A stretch of 64,000 nt of DNA. It comes from Patescibacteria group bacterium. GTDB lineage: Bacteria > Patescibacteriota > Minisyncoccia > Phycocordibacterales > UBA918. The DNA is taken from NCBI GenBank assembly GCA_019752815.1, contig JAIELQ010000006.1, positions 1,577-65,576 of the forward strand, in the 5' to 3' direction. This document shows positions 44,078 through 53,300 of this stretch, piece after piece. How positions within the stretch are numbered: position 1 is the first letter of the stretch; each line of letters begins with the position of its first letter. Made by a program: the position numbers and the translations under genes. The notes below the pieces were generated by a model that was given only the letters and a program-made list of their open reading frames with translations, was not told the DNA's origin and did not search any database.

Positions 44078-44770
44078 ATGAATACGGCAAAATTAATTGT
44101 GATTGATGGTGGGGCAAATGTAGGAAAGGCAACACAGGCTGATATGTTGATGAATCGTTTGCTGAGTGAGGGGTACTCAGTGGGAAAAATTGATTTTCCC
44201 CGGTACAGTCAAAACTCGATTGGTCACTTTATTCGTGAATGTCTCGATGGAGAAGAGGATAGGTTCGCAGCGCTAGATCCTAAAATTGTAGCTATGATCT
44301 ATGCGGCTGACCGTTTTGAATCTAAGAGTCAAATCGAAGAGTGGATTAGTGAAGGTCGTATCATTATTTTTGACCGATACGTTAGTTCTAATATGATGCA
44401 CCAGGGTGCCAAAGTGCAAGACAGCGATACCCGAGACGAATTTTTTTCTTGGGTAGAACATTTAGAATATGATATTTTTGGATTGCCCCGCCCGGACATG
44501 ACCGTTTTTTTGGATATTCCACCTGAAGATAGTCAGAAACTCCTCGAATATATTGATGACATCGGCGTAACGGTAGTTGACCCACTAGAAAAAGACCGGC
44601 TCCATCAAGCGAAAGTTTCAAAATGTGCGAGCTATCTCGCCAATACTCAAAATCAGTGGGTCACGGTCTCATGTGTTACAGAAGGTTCTCTTCGCCCACG
44701 TGAAGAGATCCATGAGGAAGTTTATAGCGCTGTTAAGCAACAGTTACCACCAGTTCCAGCAAAAGCGTAG
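44078..44770 (+). CDS. thymidylate kinase family protein (paralog 2)
   Basis: LIVIDGGANVGKATQ P-loop; FDRYVSSNMMHQGA is identical to the paralog-1 motif. Confidence 0.65.
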   Translation: MNTAKLIVIDGGANVGKATQADMLMNRLLSEGYSVGKIDFPRYSQNSIGHFIRECLDGEEDRFAALDPKIVAMIYAADRFESKSQIEEWISEGRIIIFDRYVSSNMMHQGAKVQDSDTRDEFFSWVEHLEYDIFGLPRPDMTVFLDIPPEDSQKLLEYIDDIGVTVVDPLEKDRLHQAKVSKCASYLANTQNQWVTVSCVTEGSLRPREEIHEEVYSAVKQQLPPVPAKA

Positions 44771-44776
44771 GCTTAT

Positions 44777-45118
44777 ATGGATTTTGATACATATCAAAAA
44801 GAATCTCGCCAGAAAGCTGTATATCCTGAAATTGGTAATAATTTTGTATTCCCAACGTTAGGACTAGTTGGTGAGGCAGGAGAAGTGGCAGAGAAAATTA
44901 AAAAACTAATTAGAGATAAAAATACTGCTACGTCAGAGACTGTGACGAGTGAAGACAGGGCTGAAATTCAAAAAGAGCTTGGTGATGTGTTGTGGTACTT
45001 AGCTCAGTTAGCCAGCGAGTTTAAACTGTCTTTAACTGATGTGGCGCAGACTAACCTCAATAAAATCGCTTCACGTCACGATAGGGGAGTTGTCCATGGC
45101 GACGGTGACAATCGGTAG
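44777..45118 (+). CDS. MazG-like nucleotide pyrophosphohydrolase (all-alpha NTP-PPase)
   Basis: ELGDVLWYLAQLASEFKLSLTDVAQTNLNKI is the MazG EExxE/D core. Confidence 0.65.
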   Translation: MDFDTYQKESRQKAVYPEIGNNFVFPTLGLVGEAGEVAEKIKKLIRDKNTATSETVTSEDRAEIQKELGDVLWYLAQLASEFKLSLTDVAQTNLNKIASRHDRGVVHGDGDNR

Positions 45119-45208
45119 TGATATAATTCGAACACAAACAATTTTAAACTATGATTTAAGTACCTGTACAATTTCTGAAGATTATTTAAAACTTTAAGTG
45201 TATTAAAA

Positions 45209-46477
45209 ATGCAAAATTACGATTTCATTAAAGCGCAGGATCCAGAATTGTACGCGACGTTGATTGGGGAGGAGGCGCGCGAGGCGCGGGGGATTGAGCT
45301 AATCCCGAGTGAGAACTATGTCTCACGAGCGGTCTTGGAAGCCAATGGCTCAGTATTCACGAACAAATATTCTGAAGGGTACCCGGGCAAGCGTTACTAT
45401 GGCGGACAACAGTACACCGACCTCATGGAATCCATCACGATTGAGCGAGCTAAAACTTTGTTTAAGGCAAAATACGCCAACGTACAACCACTCGGTGGCG
45501 CAGCCGCTAACGTAGCAATGTACTTTGCGCTGATGGAGCCGGGAGACACGGTCTTGGGAATGGATCTTTCGCACGGTGGTCACTTGACCCACGGGCACCC
45601 AACTACCGCGATTAACAAAGTATTCAACTTTGTTCGTTACAAAATGAAGGACGTTGATACGGGTGAAATTGATTACGAGGCATTGCGTCAAACAGCGCTC
45701 GAACACAAGCCAAAAATTATCCTGGCTGGCTTCTCAGCGTACTGTCGTGAACTCGATTACCAAAAGTTTGTGGATATCGCACGTGAAGTCGGGGCCTATG
45801 CAGTTGCTGATGTGGCCCACATCACCGGATTAATTGCTGGTGGGGCCGCCCGCAATCCATTTGATTATGGCTTTGATGTGATGACGATGACCACCCATAA
45901 ATCGCTCCGTGGTCCGCGTGGTGGAATGATTGTAGTTCGCGAAAGTGAAGAGATTGCTAAAAAAATAAACAAAGCCGTTTTCCCAGGAATGCAGGGTGGA
46001 CCACACATGCACATTATTGCCGCCAAGGGGGTAGCCTTTGGTGAAGCTTTGACTCCGGCCTTTAAAACCTACGCGGCGCAAATTCTCAAAAATGCCAAAG
46101 CGATGGAAGCGGTGTTCAAAGCCCACAACGTACGATTGCTCTGTGGTGGAACCGACAACCATATGCTACTCGCTGACGTATTTGGTAGTCTCGGTGTGAC
46201 TGGTCAAGAAGCCGAGACGGTCCTTGATAAAGTCGGTATCACGCTTAACAAAAACATGATTGCTGATGATTCGCGCAGTGCCATGGATCCATCAGGTATT
46301 CGGTTTGGTACACCAGCGATGACCACGCGGGGGATGATGGAGGCTGACGCTACAAAGCTTGCTGAAATTATGATTACGACCATGAAGGCTAAAGATGACT
46401 TGGTAAAGATTAACGAACTCCAAAATGAGGTACAACAGTTATGTGAGGCGCACCCAGTCCCAGAGAATTTTATTTAA
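45209..46477 (+). CDS. glyA: serine hydroxymethyltransferase
   Basis: PLP-site THKSLRGPRGG and the canonical SHMT N-terminus. Confidence 0.9.
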   Translation: MQNYDFIKAQDPELYATLIGEEAREARGIELIPSENYVSRAVLEANGSVFTNKYSEGYPGKRYYGGQQYTDLMESITIERAKTLFKAKYANVQPLGGAAANVAMYFALMEPGDTVLGMDLSHGGHLTHGHPTTAINKVFNFVRYKMKDVDTGEIDYEALRQTALEHKPKIILAGFSAYCRELDYQKFVDIAREVGAYAVADVAHITGLIAGGAARNPFDYGFDVMTMTTHKSLRGPRGGMIVVRESEEIAKKINKAVFPGMQGGPHMHIIAAKGVAFGEALTPAFKTYAAQILKNAKAMEAVFKAHNVRLLCGGTDNHMLLADVFGSLGVTGQEAETVLDKVGITLNKNMIADDSRSAMDPSGIRFGTPAMTTRGMMEADATKLAEIMITTMKAKDDLVKINELQNEVQQLCEAHPVPENFI

Positions 46478-46498
46478 AATAGCGCATTAACCTAAAGA

Positions 46499-46524
46499 AA
46501 AAACTGGCATCAGGCCAGTTTTTT
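46499..46524 (+). terminator. intrinsic terminator after glyA
   Basis: AAACTGGC-atca-GGCCAGTTTTTTC. Confidence 0.7.
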
Positions 46525-46687
46525 CTTTAGGTTCAAAGGTCGGTGTAGGGTATTGGCAATTTCTAAAAAGATGCTATAATATTGATAAGTGAGGGGGTTG
46601 AACTCCTTTCGCCTCGGATGTTACGTCCGCACTGTCCCTCGTTCGCACTGAGGTCTGTGTTTGTCTTCGGATTTGAACGCGATCTCG

Positions 46688-46737
46688 CCGCTTGGTTTGT
46701 CAGCTTGCTGGCAAACCAAGCGGATTTTTTTATATTG
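46688..46737 (+). promoter_or_regulatory. leader-embedded intrinsic terminator (attenuator/riboswitch expression platform candidate)
   Basis: Perfect 15-bp stem CCGCTTGGTTTGTCAGC-ttgc-TGGCAAACCAAGCGG followed by ATTTTTTT, about 110 nt downstream of a TATAAT (about 46575) and 20 nt upstream of the gene start. Confidence 0.5.
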
Positions 46738-46756
46738 CATACGTTATACTATTTAC

Positions 46757-47833
46757 ATGAATCTTCGGGACACGTTCCATCATGCCAAGCGTCATTGGCT
46801 GACCATCGCCTTTATTTTAGGGTTTGTCACTGACTACATCTTACTTAATCGGATTGATGATACGTTTGATAATGCCTTATTGTTCTTTTATGTGGTGTTG
46901 GCGTCACTTTCGATTTTGCTTTTGTATGCCAGTATTGCCGAGAAACTGGGCTCTAAGCCCTCGGCCTTTTTTCGTAAAATTGCCCCGATATTAATGCAGT
47001 ACTCATTTGGGGGTTTGTTTTCGGGGATGCTTATTTTTTATAGTCGTAGTGGTGCTTTGTGGGCATCATGGCCATTCCTACTTTTGTTTATCGCTGCTAT
47101 CTACGGTAATGAGACAGTGCGTAATCGGGGTCAACAATTAGTGTTTAACGTGCTGGCATATTTTGTGGGATTGTTCTCGTACCTCGTGATGGTGATACCA
47201 GTTTTGTTGGGTCGGATGGGGCCAGAAATTTTTGTGGCGAGCGGATTGCTGGCATTAGTAATTGTGTACATGCTGGTACAACTGCTAACAAAAATCATTC
47301 CCAACTACATGGCACTCCAGACTAAACCAATTGTCTTTATGGTGTTTGGGTTATTTGTGGGGCTCAATACGCTTTATTTCACAAACATCATTCCACCAAT
47401 TCCACTGTCTCTCCAAGAAATCAATATTGTGCATTCGGTCGTGAAGTTCGGTGACTCGGGGTACGAGCTGACATTAGAACCAATACCGTGGTACCGAGTA
47501 GATAAAAAGATCAACCTGGTTTTTCATCCGTCAGACACTGGTACGGTCGCGTGTTTTACACGAGTGTTTGCCCCCGCCAAAATTGATACCGATATTTATC
47601 ATCTCTGGGAGTATAAAAATGCCGATGGCGCCTGGACTGAGTATTTTAAAAAATCCTATCCCATTACCGGCAAGGCTGTAAATGGGTATCGAGGCTGGAC
47701 CGCCATAACCGCTAGTCGTGATGGAGAGTGGCGTTGCAGTGTAGAAACACAACGGGGGCAGGTGCTCGGCAGTAAACGATTCACTATTGATAATTCTGTT
47801 TCTCCGAGGGTCCTCGAAAAAGTAGTTGACTAA
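46757..47833 (+). CDS. polytopic membrane protein with C-terminal soluble domain (DUF2914-like)
   Basis: Start at MNLRDTF; about 8 TM helices, then a C-terminal beta-rich domain containing GWTAITASRDGEWRCSVETQRGQVLG. Confidence 0.45.
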   Translation: MNLRDTFHHAKRHWLTIAFILGFVTDYILLNRIDDTFDNALLFFYVVLASLSILLLYASIAEKLGSKPSAFFRKIAPILMQYSFGGLFSGMLIFYSRSGALWASWPFLLLFIAAIYGNETVRNRGQQLVFNVLAYFVGLFSYLVMVIPVLLGRMGPEIFVASGLLALVIVYMLVQLLTKIIPNYMALQTKPIVFMVFGLFVGLNTLYFTNIIPPIPLSLQEINIVHSVVKFGDSGYELTLEPIPWYRVDKKINLVFHPSDTGTVACFTRVFAPAKIDTDIYHLWEYKNADGAWTEYFKKSYPITGKAVNGYRGWTAITASRDGEWRCSVETQRGQVLGSKRFTIDNSVSPRVLEKVVD

Positions 47834-47864
47834 TTACAATATCATGCTATGGTATGCGTCCTGC

Positions 47865-48190
47865 AAACAGGGCAGGGAGTTATAGAAGGATATCAAAGAC
47901 ATGATGCAGCACGGAGAAACCGGAGCGCAGTTGCCGCGAAACTTGTCTCGAAAGCGCGGCAGAGAAGTTGTGCAAATGCACAACGGAAATACGTCACGCG
48001 TGTGGCGAGGAGGTAACCTCTTTGCAGTGCCTCACCCAGACGCGATGAAAGGCGTTGTGGTCGAAACGAAGCGGACAAGGGTTTACCAAAAACCCATTCA
48101 AAAGGGTAACTGACGAAGGACAGTGGTTCGCGGGAATCCTCCCGCGACCACGCAATATTCGCTCGTGCCTCGGCACGGGTTTTTTTGATA
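47865..48190 (+). promoter_or_regulatory. structured leader upstream of argS with terminal intrinsic terminator; T-box-like candidate
   Basis: About 320 nt between a promoter-like TTACAA..TATGGT and argS. Contains CAGAGAAG, a T-box-like AGTGGTTCGCGGG pairing with CCCGCGACCAC, then the terminator GTGCCTCGGCACGGG plus T7 at about 48163-48187. Confidence 0.35.
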
Positions 48191-48229
48191 CTAACCCTCG
48201 TGGTAATTATTTGCTATAGTGTGCCTATT

Positions 48230-49996
48230 ATGGAAGCCGTCATTAGAACAGCCGTCGCCGAAGCCCTAGCAACCCTTGGATTACCGCCAAGTGATTTTGT
48301 GATTGAACACCCGGGCGACATCAGTCATGGTGACTATGCCTGTAACGTGGCTATGGTCTCTATGAGGGCACAAGCTGTAGAAGGTACAGAATACACTGGT
48401 AAAAAAATATCAACTTTGGATACATTTACACCTCGAACTCCAACAAGACCAGGTTTTAAGAACCCTAGAGAATTAGCGGTACTAATCAAAGAAAAACTAG
48501 AAGGCCAAATCGAATATGTTGAAAAAATTGAAATTGCCGGTCCAGGATTTATCAATTTTTATTTCACTCGTGATTTCTTTGTGGCTGAAACCAATCGGAT
48601 TATAAACCTAGGTGAAAACTGGGGGCGAAATGATTCGTGGGCAGATAAAAAAGTAGTGGTGGAATACACTGATCCCAATCCGTTTAAAGAGTTTCATATT
48701 GGACACTTGTTTACCAACGCAGTTGGGGAAAGTATTGCCCGACTATTTATGATGGCCGGAGCGGATGTGCGGCGAGTATGTTACCAGGGAGATGTTGGAC
48801 TTCATGTTGCTCACGCTATTTGGGGGATGCAAAAATTGGGCATGACTTCTGAGAGTGATTTTACGGCAAAAGATTTGGGGCGAGCCTACGCTACCGGAGC
48901 CACTGCTTATAAAGAAAATGAGTCAGCTAAAACAGAAATCACTGTACTTAATAAAGTTATTTATGAACGAAGTGACGAGAGAGTTAACGCACTCTACGAC
49001 GCAGGGCGAAGAGTTTCCCTGGCTTACTTTGAAACGATCTACAAGTTGGTAGGTACCGAATTCTCAGAATATTTTTTTGAGAGTGAAGCTGCGGGCGTTG
49101 GGAAGGAATTGGTTTTAAATAATCCAGAAATATTTCCCTTAAGTGATGGGGCACATATATTTGAAGGAGAAAAATACGGATTGCATACTCGAGTATTTTT
49201 GAACAAGCTTGGTTTGCCGACGTATGAAGCAAAAGAGCTCGCACTCGCCAAACTCAAAAATGACCGACTCGGCGGGTATGATCATTCTGTTATTTCAACA
49301 GCGAATGAAATTAGCGAATACTTCAAAGTTTTAAAAAAAGCTATGGGATTTGTTTATCCTGAACTCGCGGCTAAAACAGAACACATTGGACATGGTATGG
49401 TGAAGCTAGCTACCGGTAAGATGTCATCTCGAACGGGAGATGTGATTTCAGCAATAGATTTTATTGCTGATGTGGCCCAGTCAGCTCACGACAAAATTAC
49501 TGAAACAGGTATGACAATAGCGTCACCGGAGCTCTCAAATGATATTGCGATTGGAGCTATTAAATACGCCACATTGCGAGGGAGTATTTTGCAGGATTCA
49601 GTGTTTGATAAGGAGCGAGCACTTAGTTTTGAAGGTGATTCTGGTCCATACCTACAATATACGCATGCCCGTATCTGTAGTGTGCTCGATAAAGCACGTG
49701 CAGCCGGCATTGTTCCTTCACTGACACCTGCACCAACAGAGCCATATCTCATTGAAAAAACTTTGTACCGATTTGAAGAGGTGGTACAAGCAGCTCTCGA
49801 TGACCGTGCCCCACACAAGGTGGTAGGGTATCTCACCGAACTCGCTGGCGCTTTTAACACTTTCTACGCTCATGAAAAAATGGCTGATGCTACAGATAAA
49901 TTCGCACCGTACAAATGTCTCCTTGCCCAGGCAGTGGCGACCACCCTTAAAAACGGTTTGTTTATTCTTGCCATTAAAGCTCCAGAACGATTGTAG
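48230..49996 (+). CDS. argS: arginyl-tRNA synthetase (start at the MEAVIRT Met)
   Basis: N-terminal add-1 domain (HPGDISHGDYACNVAM), HIGH motif FHIGHLF, KMSSR-like motif GKMSSRTGD, anticodon-binding C-terminus. Confidence 0.8.
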   Translation: MEAVIRTAVAEALATLGLPPSDFVIEHPGDISHGDYACNVAMVSMRAQAVEGTEYTGKKISTLDTFTPRTPTRPGFKNPRELAVLIKEKLEGQIEYVEKIEIAGPGFINFYFTRDFFVAETNRIINLGENWGRNDSWADKKVVVEYTDPNPFKEFHIGHLFTNAVGESIARLFMMAGADVRRVCYQGDVGLHVAHAIWGMQKLGMTSESDFTAKDLGRAYATGATAYKENESAKTEITVLNKVIYERSDERVNALYDAGRRVSLAYFETIYKLVGTEFSEYFFESEAAGVGKELVLNNPEIFPLSDGAHIFEGEKYGLHTRVFLNKLGLPTYEAKELALAKLKNDRLGGYDHSVISTANEISEYFKVLKKAMGFVYPELAAKTEHIGHGMVKLATGKMSSRTGDVISAIDFIADVAQSAHDKITETGMTIASPELSNDIAIGAIKYATLRGSILQDSVFDKERALSFEGDSGPYLQYTHARICSVLDKARAAGIVPSLTPAPTEPYLIEKTLYRFEEVVQAALDDRAPHKVVGYLTELAGAFNTFYAHEKMADATDKFAPYKCLLAQAVATTLKNGLFILAIKAPERL

Positions 49997-50206
49997 TCTG
50001 ATTTGACGGTTGGCATATTCTTAGTATGCTTGTCGGTAGGTTGTTCGGTACGGAACACGCAAACAGAAAATCCATCGAGAGGGGCAGATGTTCGTAAAAA
50101 TATTCTTGGAGCTCTATCAGCCGACCTGGCAAGAAGTTCTCTCTAGAGAAGCAGGGAGACGCCATCGCGAGGATTGGCTCTGCCATTTGGGTTTTAACAG
50201 GTGAAT

Positions 50207-50238
50207 AAAAAGCGCGGCAGGTCCGCGCTTTTCGCTTT
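50207..50238 (+). terminator. intrinsic terminator about 210 nt downstream of argS
   Basis: AAAAGCGCGGC-aggt-CCGCGCTTTTCGCTTT. Confidence 0.65.
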
Positions 50239-50335
50239 CTAGCAGGAACCCATTTTTGTGGTACTATAAAAAAGCTGGTCTGATACATCAGTTTTATTAG
50301 TATGTCTGATACACATACGTAACTCATTTTTATAT

Positions 50336-53300
50336 ATGAACAAAGCCCATGGACGGGAGAATGACTCAGTTGCAGTTGTTCCCGAAGTTGATAAATCAGA
50401 AGTAGCGATTCGTGAAGAAGCTATCCAAGCATTTTGGCTGGAGCACGATATTTTTAATAAAAGTATAGAAAAACCAGCCGGTGAAGATCCTGCCGGCCAG
50501 TTTACCTTTTACGATGGTCCGCCGTTTGCGACGGGTACCCCACACTACGGACATATTTTAGCGAGTACGATAAAAGACACGGTACCACGATTTTGGACCA
50601 TGAACGGCCTTCGGGTTAATCGCACCTGGGGGTGGGATTGCCATGGGTTGCCACTCGAGAACCTCATTGAGAAAAAACTAGGTTTAGCAACTAAACGTGA
50701 CATCGAGGAATACGGTGTGAAGAATTTTAATGAAGCTGCTCGTAGTACCGTGATGGAATATGCCGACTACTGGAAAATGGCTATTCCACGTATGGGACGC
50801 TGGGCCGATATGGAGAACGACTACAAAACCATGGATAGCACCTACACCGAAAGTGTGTGGTGGGTGTTTTCAGAACTCCATAAAAAGGGATTAGTGTTTG
50901 AAGGTTTTAAAACCATGCACTTGTGTCCGCGCTGTGGTACGACCTTAAGTAACTTTGAAGTTAACCAAGGCTATAAAGACATCAAAGACATCGCGGTGAC
51001 CGTTAAACTACCTCTTCTTGATGACGCTGGCAACGTAACCGATACGTCACTCCTAGTTTGGACAACCACACCGTGGACACTGCCCGGGAATATGGCGGCG
51101 GCGGTTCATCATGAGCTGGATTATGTAAAAGTGAAAGTGTCTGCAGATGGAGTTTCGGAATACTATATTTTAGCGAAAGGCCGACTGTCACAATTAGGAG
51201 AAGCGGCTTATGAAACGGTTGAGGAAATGAAAGGTGCTGCCTTGGTTGGGAAATCGTATCAGTCACCATTTAACTACCTGCACACCCAAGACTTTGATAA
51301 AACAAACGCTTGGAAAATTTGGCATGCAGATTATGTAGAGGTGGGAACCGAAGGTACGGGAGCAGTGCATATTGCACCAGCCTATGGGGACGACGACATG
51401 AAATTGGCTCAAGCTAATAACGTTCCAATTATTCATCACGTCGACACGGCCGGGCATTTTGTGTCGTTTGTGACCGATTTTGCGGGGCGATTAGTTAAGC
51501 CAAAAGACGATGATACTGCTGGTGTAGATCACAAAGACACCGACATTGAAATCCTTAAAGCCCTCCAAGCAGCCGGTAAAGTATTTAAAAAAGAAAACAT
51601 CACCCACAGCTACCCGCACTGTTGGCGTTGTGATACACCACTACTTAACTACGCGACGACCTCGTGGTTTGTGAACGTACCAAAAATCAAAGACGAACTA
51701 ATTGCCGCGAACAATGCGGTGAACTGGATTCCGGATCATGTCGGTAGTAACCGGTTTGGTAATTGGCTCGAGGGGGCGCGTGATTGGGCAGTATCACGTC
51801 AGCGGTACTGGGGAGCACCACTACCAATTTGGAAAAACCCAAAAACGGGCGATTTCAAAGTGTTTGGCTCATTAGCAGAATTGCAACAGTATGTGCCAAA
51901 AAGTGGCAATACATACTTTGTGATGCGCCATGCCGAGGCAGCGAGTAATCTGACTGGAATCATTGACGCCATCGCTGACGAAAACAATCCGCTGACTGAA
52001 GCCGGTATAACTCAGTGTAAAGAAGCAGCCGAAACATTGCGTACCAAGGGTATTACCCATATCGTCCATTCGGGTATGCAGCGTACGCGCGAAACGGCGC
52101 TCGCTATTGCCCGTGAACTTGGTCTGCCTGAAACTGCCGTATCAGCTGATGCGCGCATAATTGAATTACAAACCGGTGCTGCGTACGAAGGTAAAACCTG
52201 GGATGAATACAATGCTAATTACAGTAGTGAAGAAGAGAAATTTACCAAAGTAATTCCTGGTGTTGAAAATCGCTACGACCTGATTAAACGAGCAGGGGAG
52301 TTTCTGTATGATTTTGACGCTGCTCATCAAAACGAAACGGTATTAATTGTGGGGCACGCCAGTTCAACGTTTGCATTGCGGTGTGTGGCCGAGGGAGCTG
52401 AACATAAACGAGTGATCGAGCTTAAAAAACAAGGCTACTACAAAAATGCTGAGGTGCATGCGCTCCCATTTACCCCGGTACCACACAACGATTTATACGC
52501 CTTGGATTACCACCGACCGTATATTGATGATATTAAGTTGGTTGATACTGACGGTACCCAATTAGTTCGGGTGCCTGACGTGTTTGATTGTTGGTTTGAA
52601 TCGGGCTCAATGCCGTACGCGCAACATCACTTCATGGGGCAAAACCCTGAGCAGTTTTTAGCGACCCAATTCCCGGCGCAGTTTATTGCCGAGGGTCTCG
52701 ACCAAACGCGGGGTTGGTTCTATTCACTTATTGTGCTTGGCACTGCGTTATTTGGAAAAGCACCGTTTGAAAATGTGATTGTAAACGGACTAGCACTCGC
52801 TGAAGATGGTAAAAAAATGAGTAAGTCCCTCAAGAATTATCCTGATCCAATGGAGCTGGTAGATAGAGTAGGGGCAGACGCTGTTCGCTACTATATGCTC
52901 ACTGCACCAATTGTACGTGGCGAGGATTTGAACTTTAGTGAGAAAGAAGTCACTGAATTGCAACGTAAAAATATCGGTCGTCTCCACAACGTGCTCGCCA
53001 TGTATGAGATGTACGCCAACGGCACTGATGCGTCCGGAGCCTCAGATACGATTTTAGATCGCTGGATATTGGCGCGACTCAACCAATTAATTGCTGATAC
53101 TACAGCTGGGTACAAATCATACGAACTTGATAAAGCCACCCGGCCGCTGGCTGATTTTATTGATGATGTATCGGTCTGGTACCTCCGTCGCAGTCGGGAA
53201 CGTCTCAAGTCAGATGATAGTGAGGATAAAACTAAAGTCCTCGGCACCTTACGATTTATTTTACGAGAGCTGGCTAAAGTAATGGCTCCAGCCATGCCGT

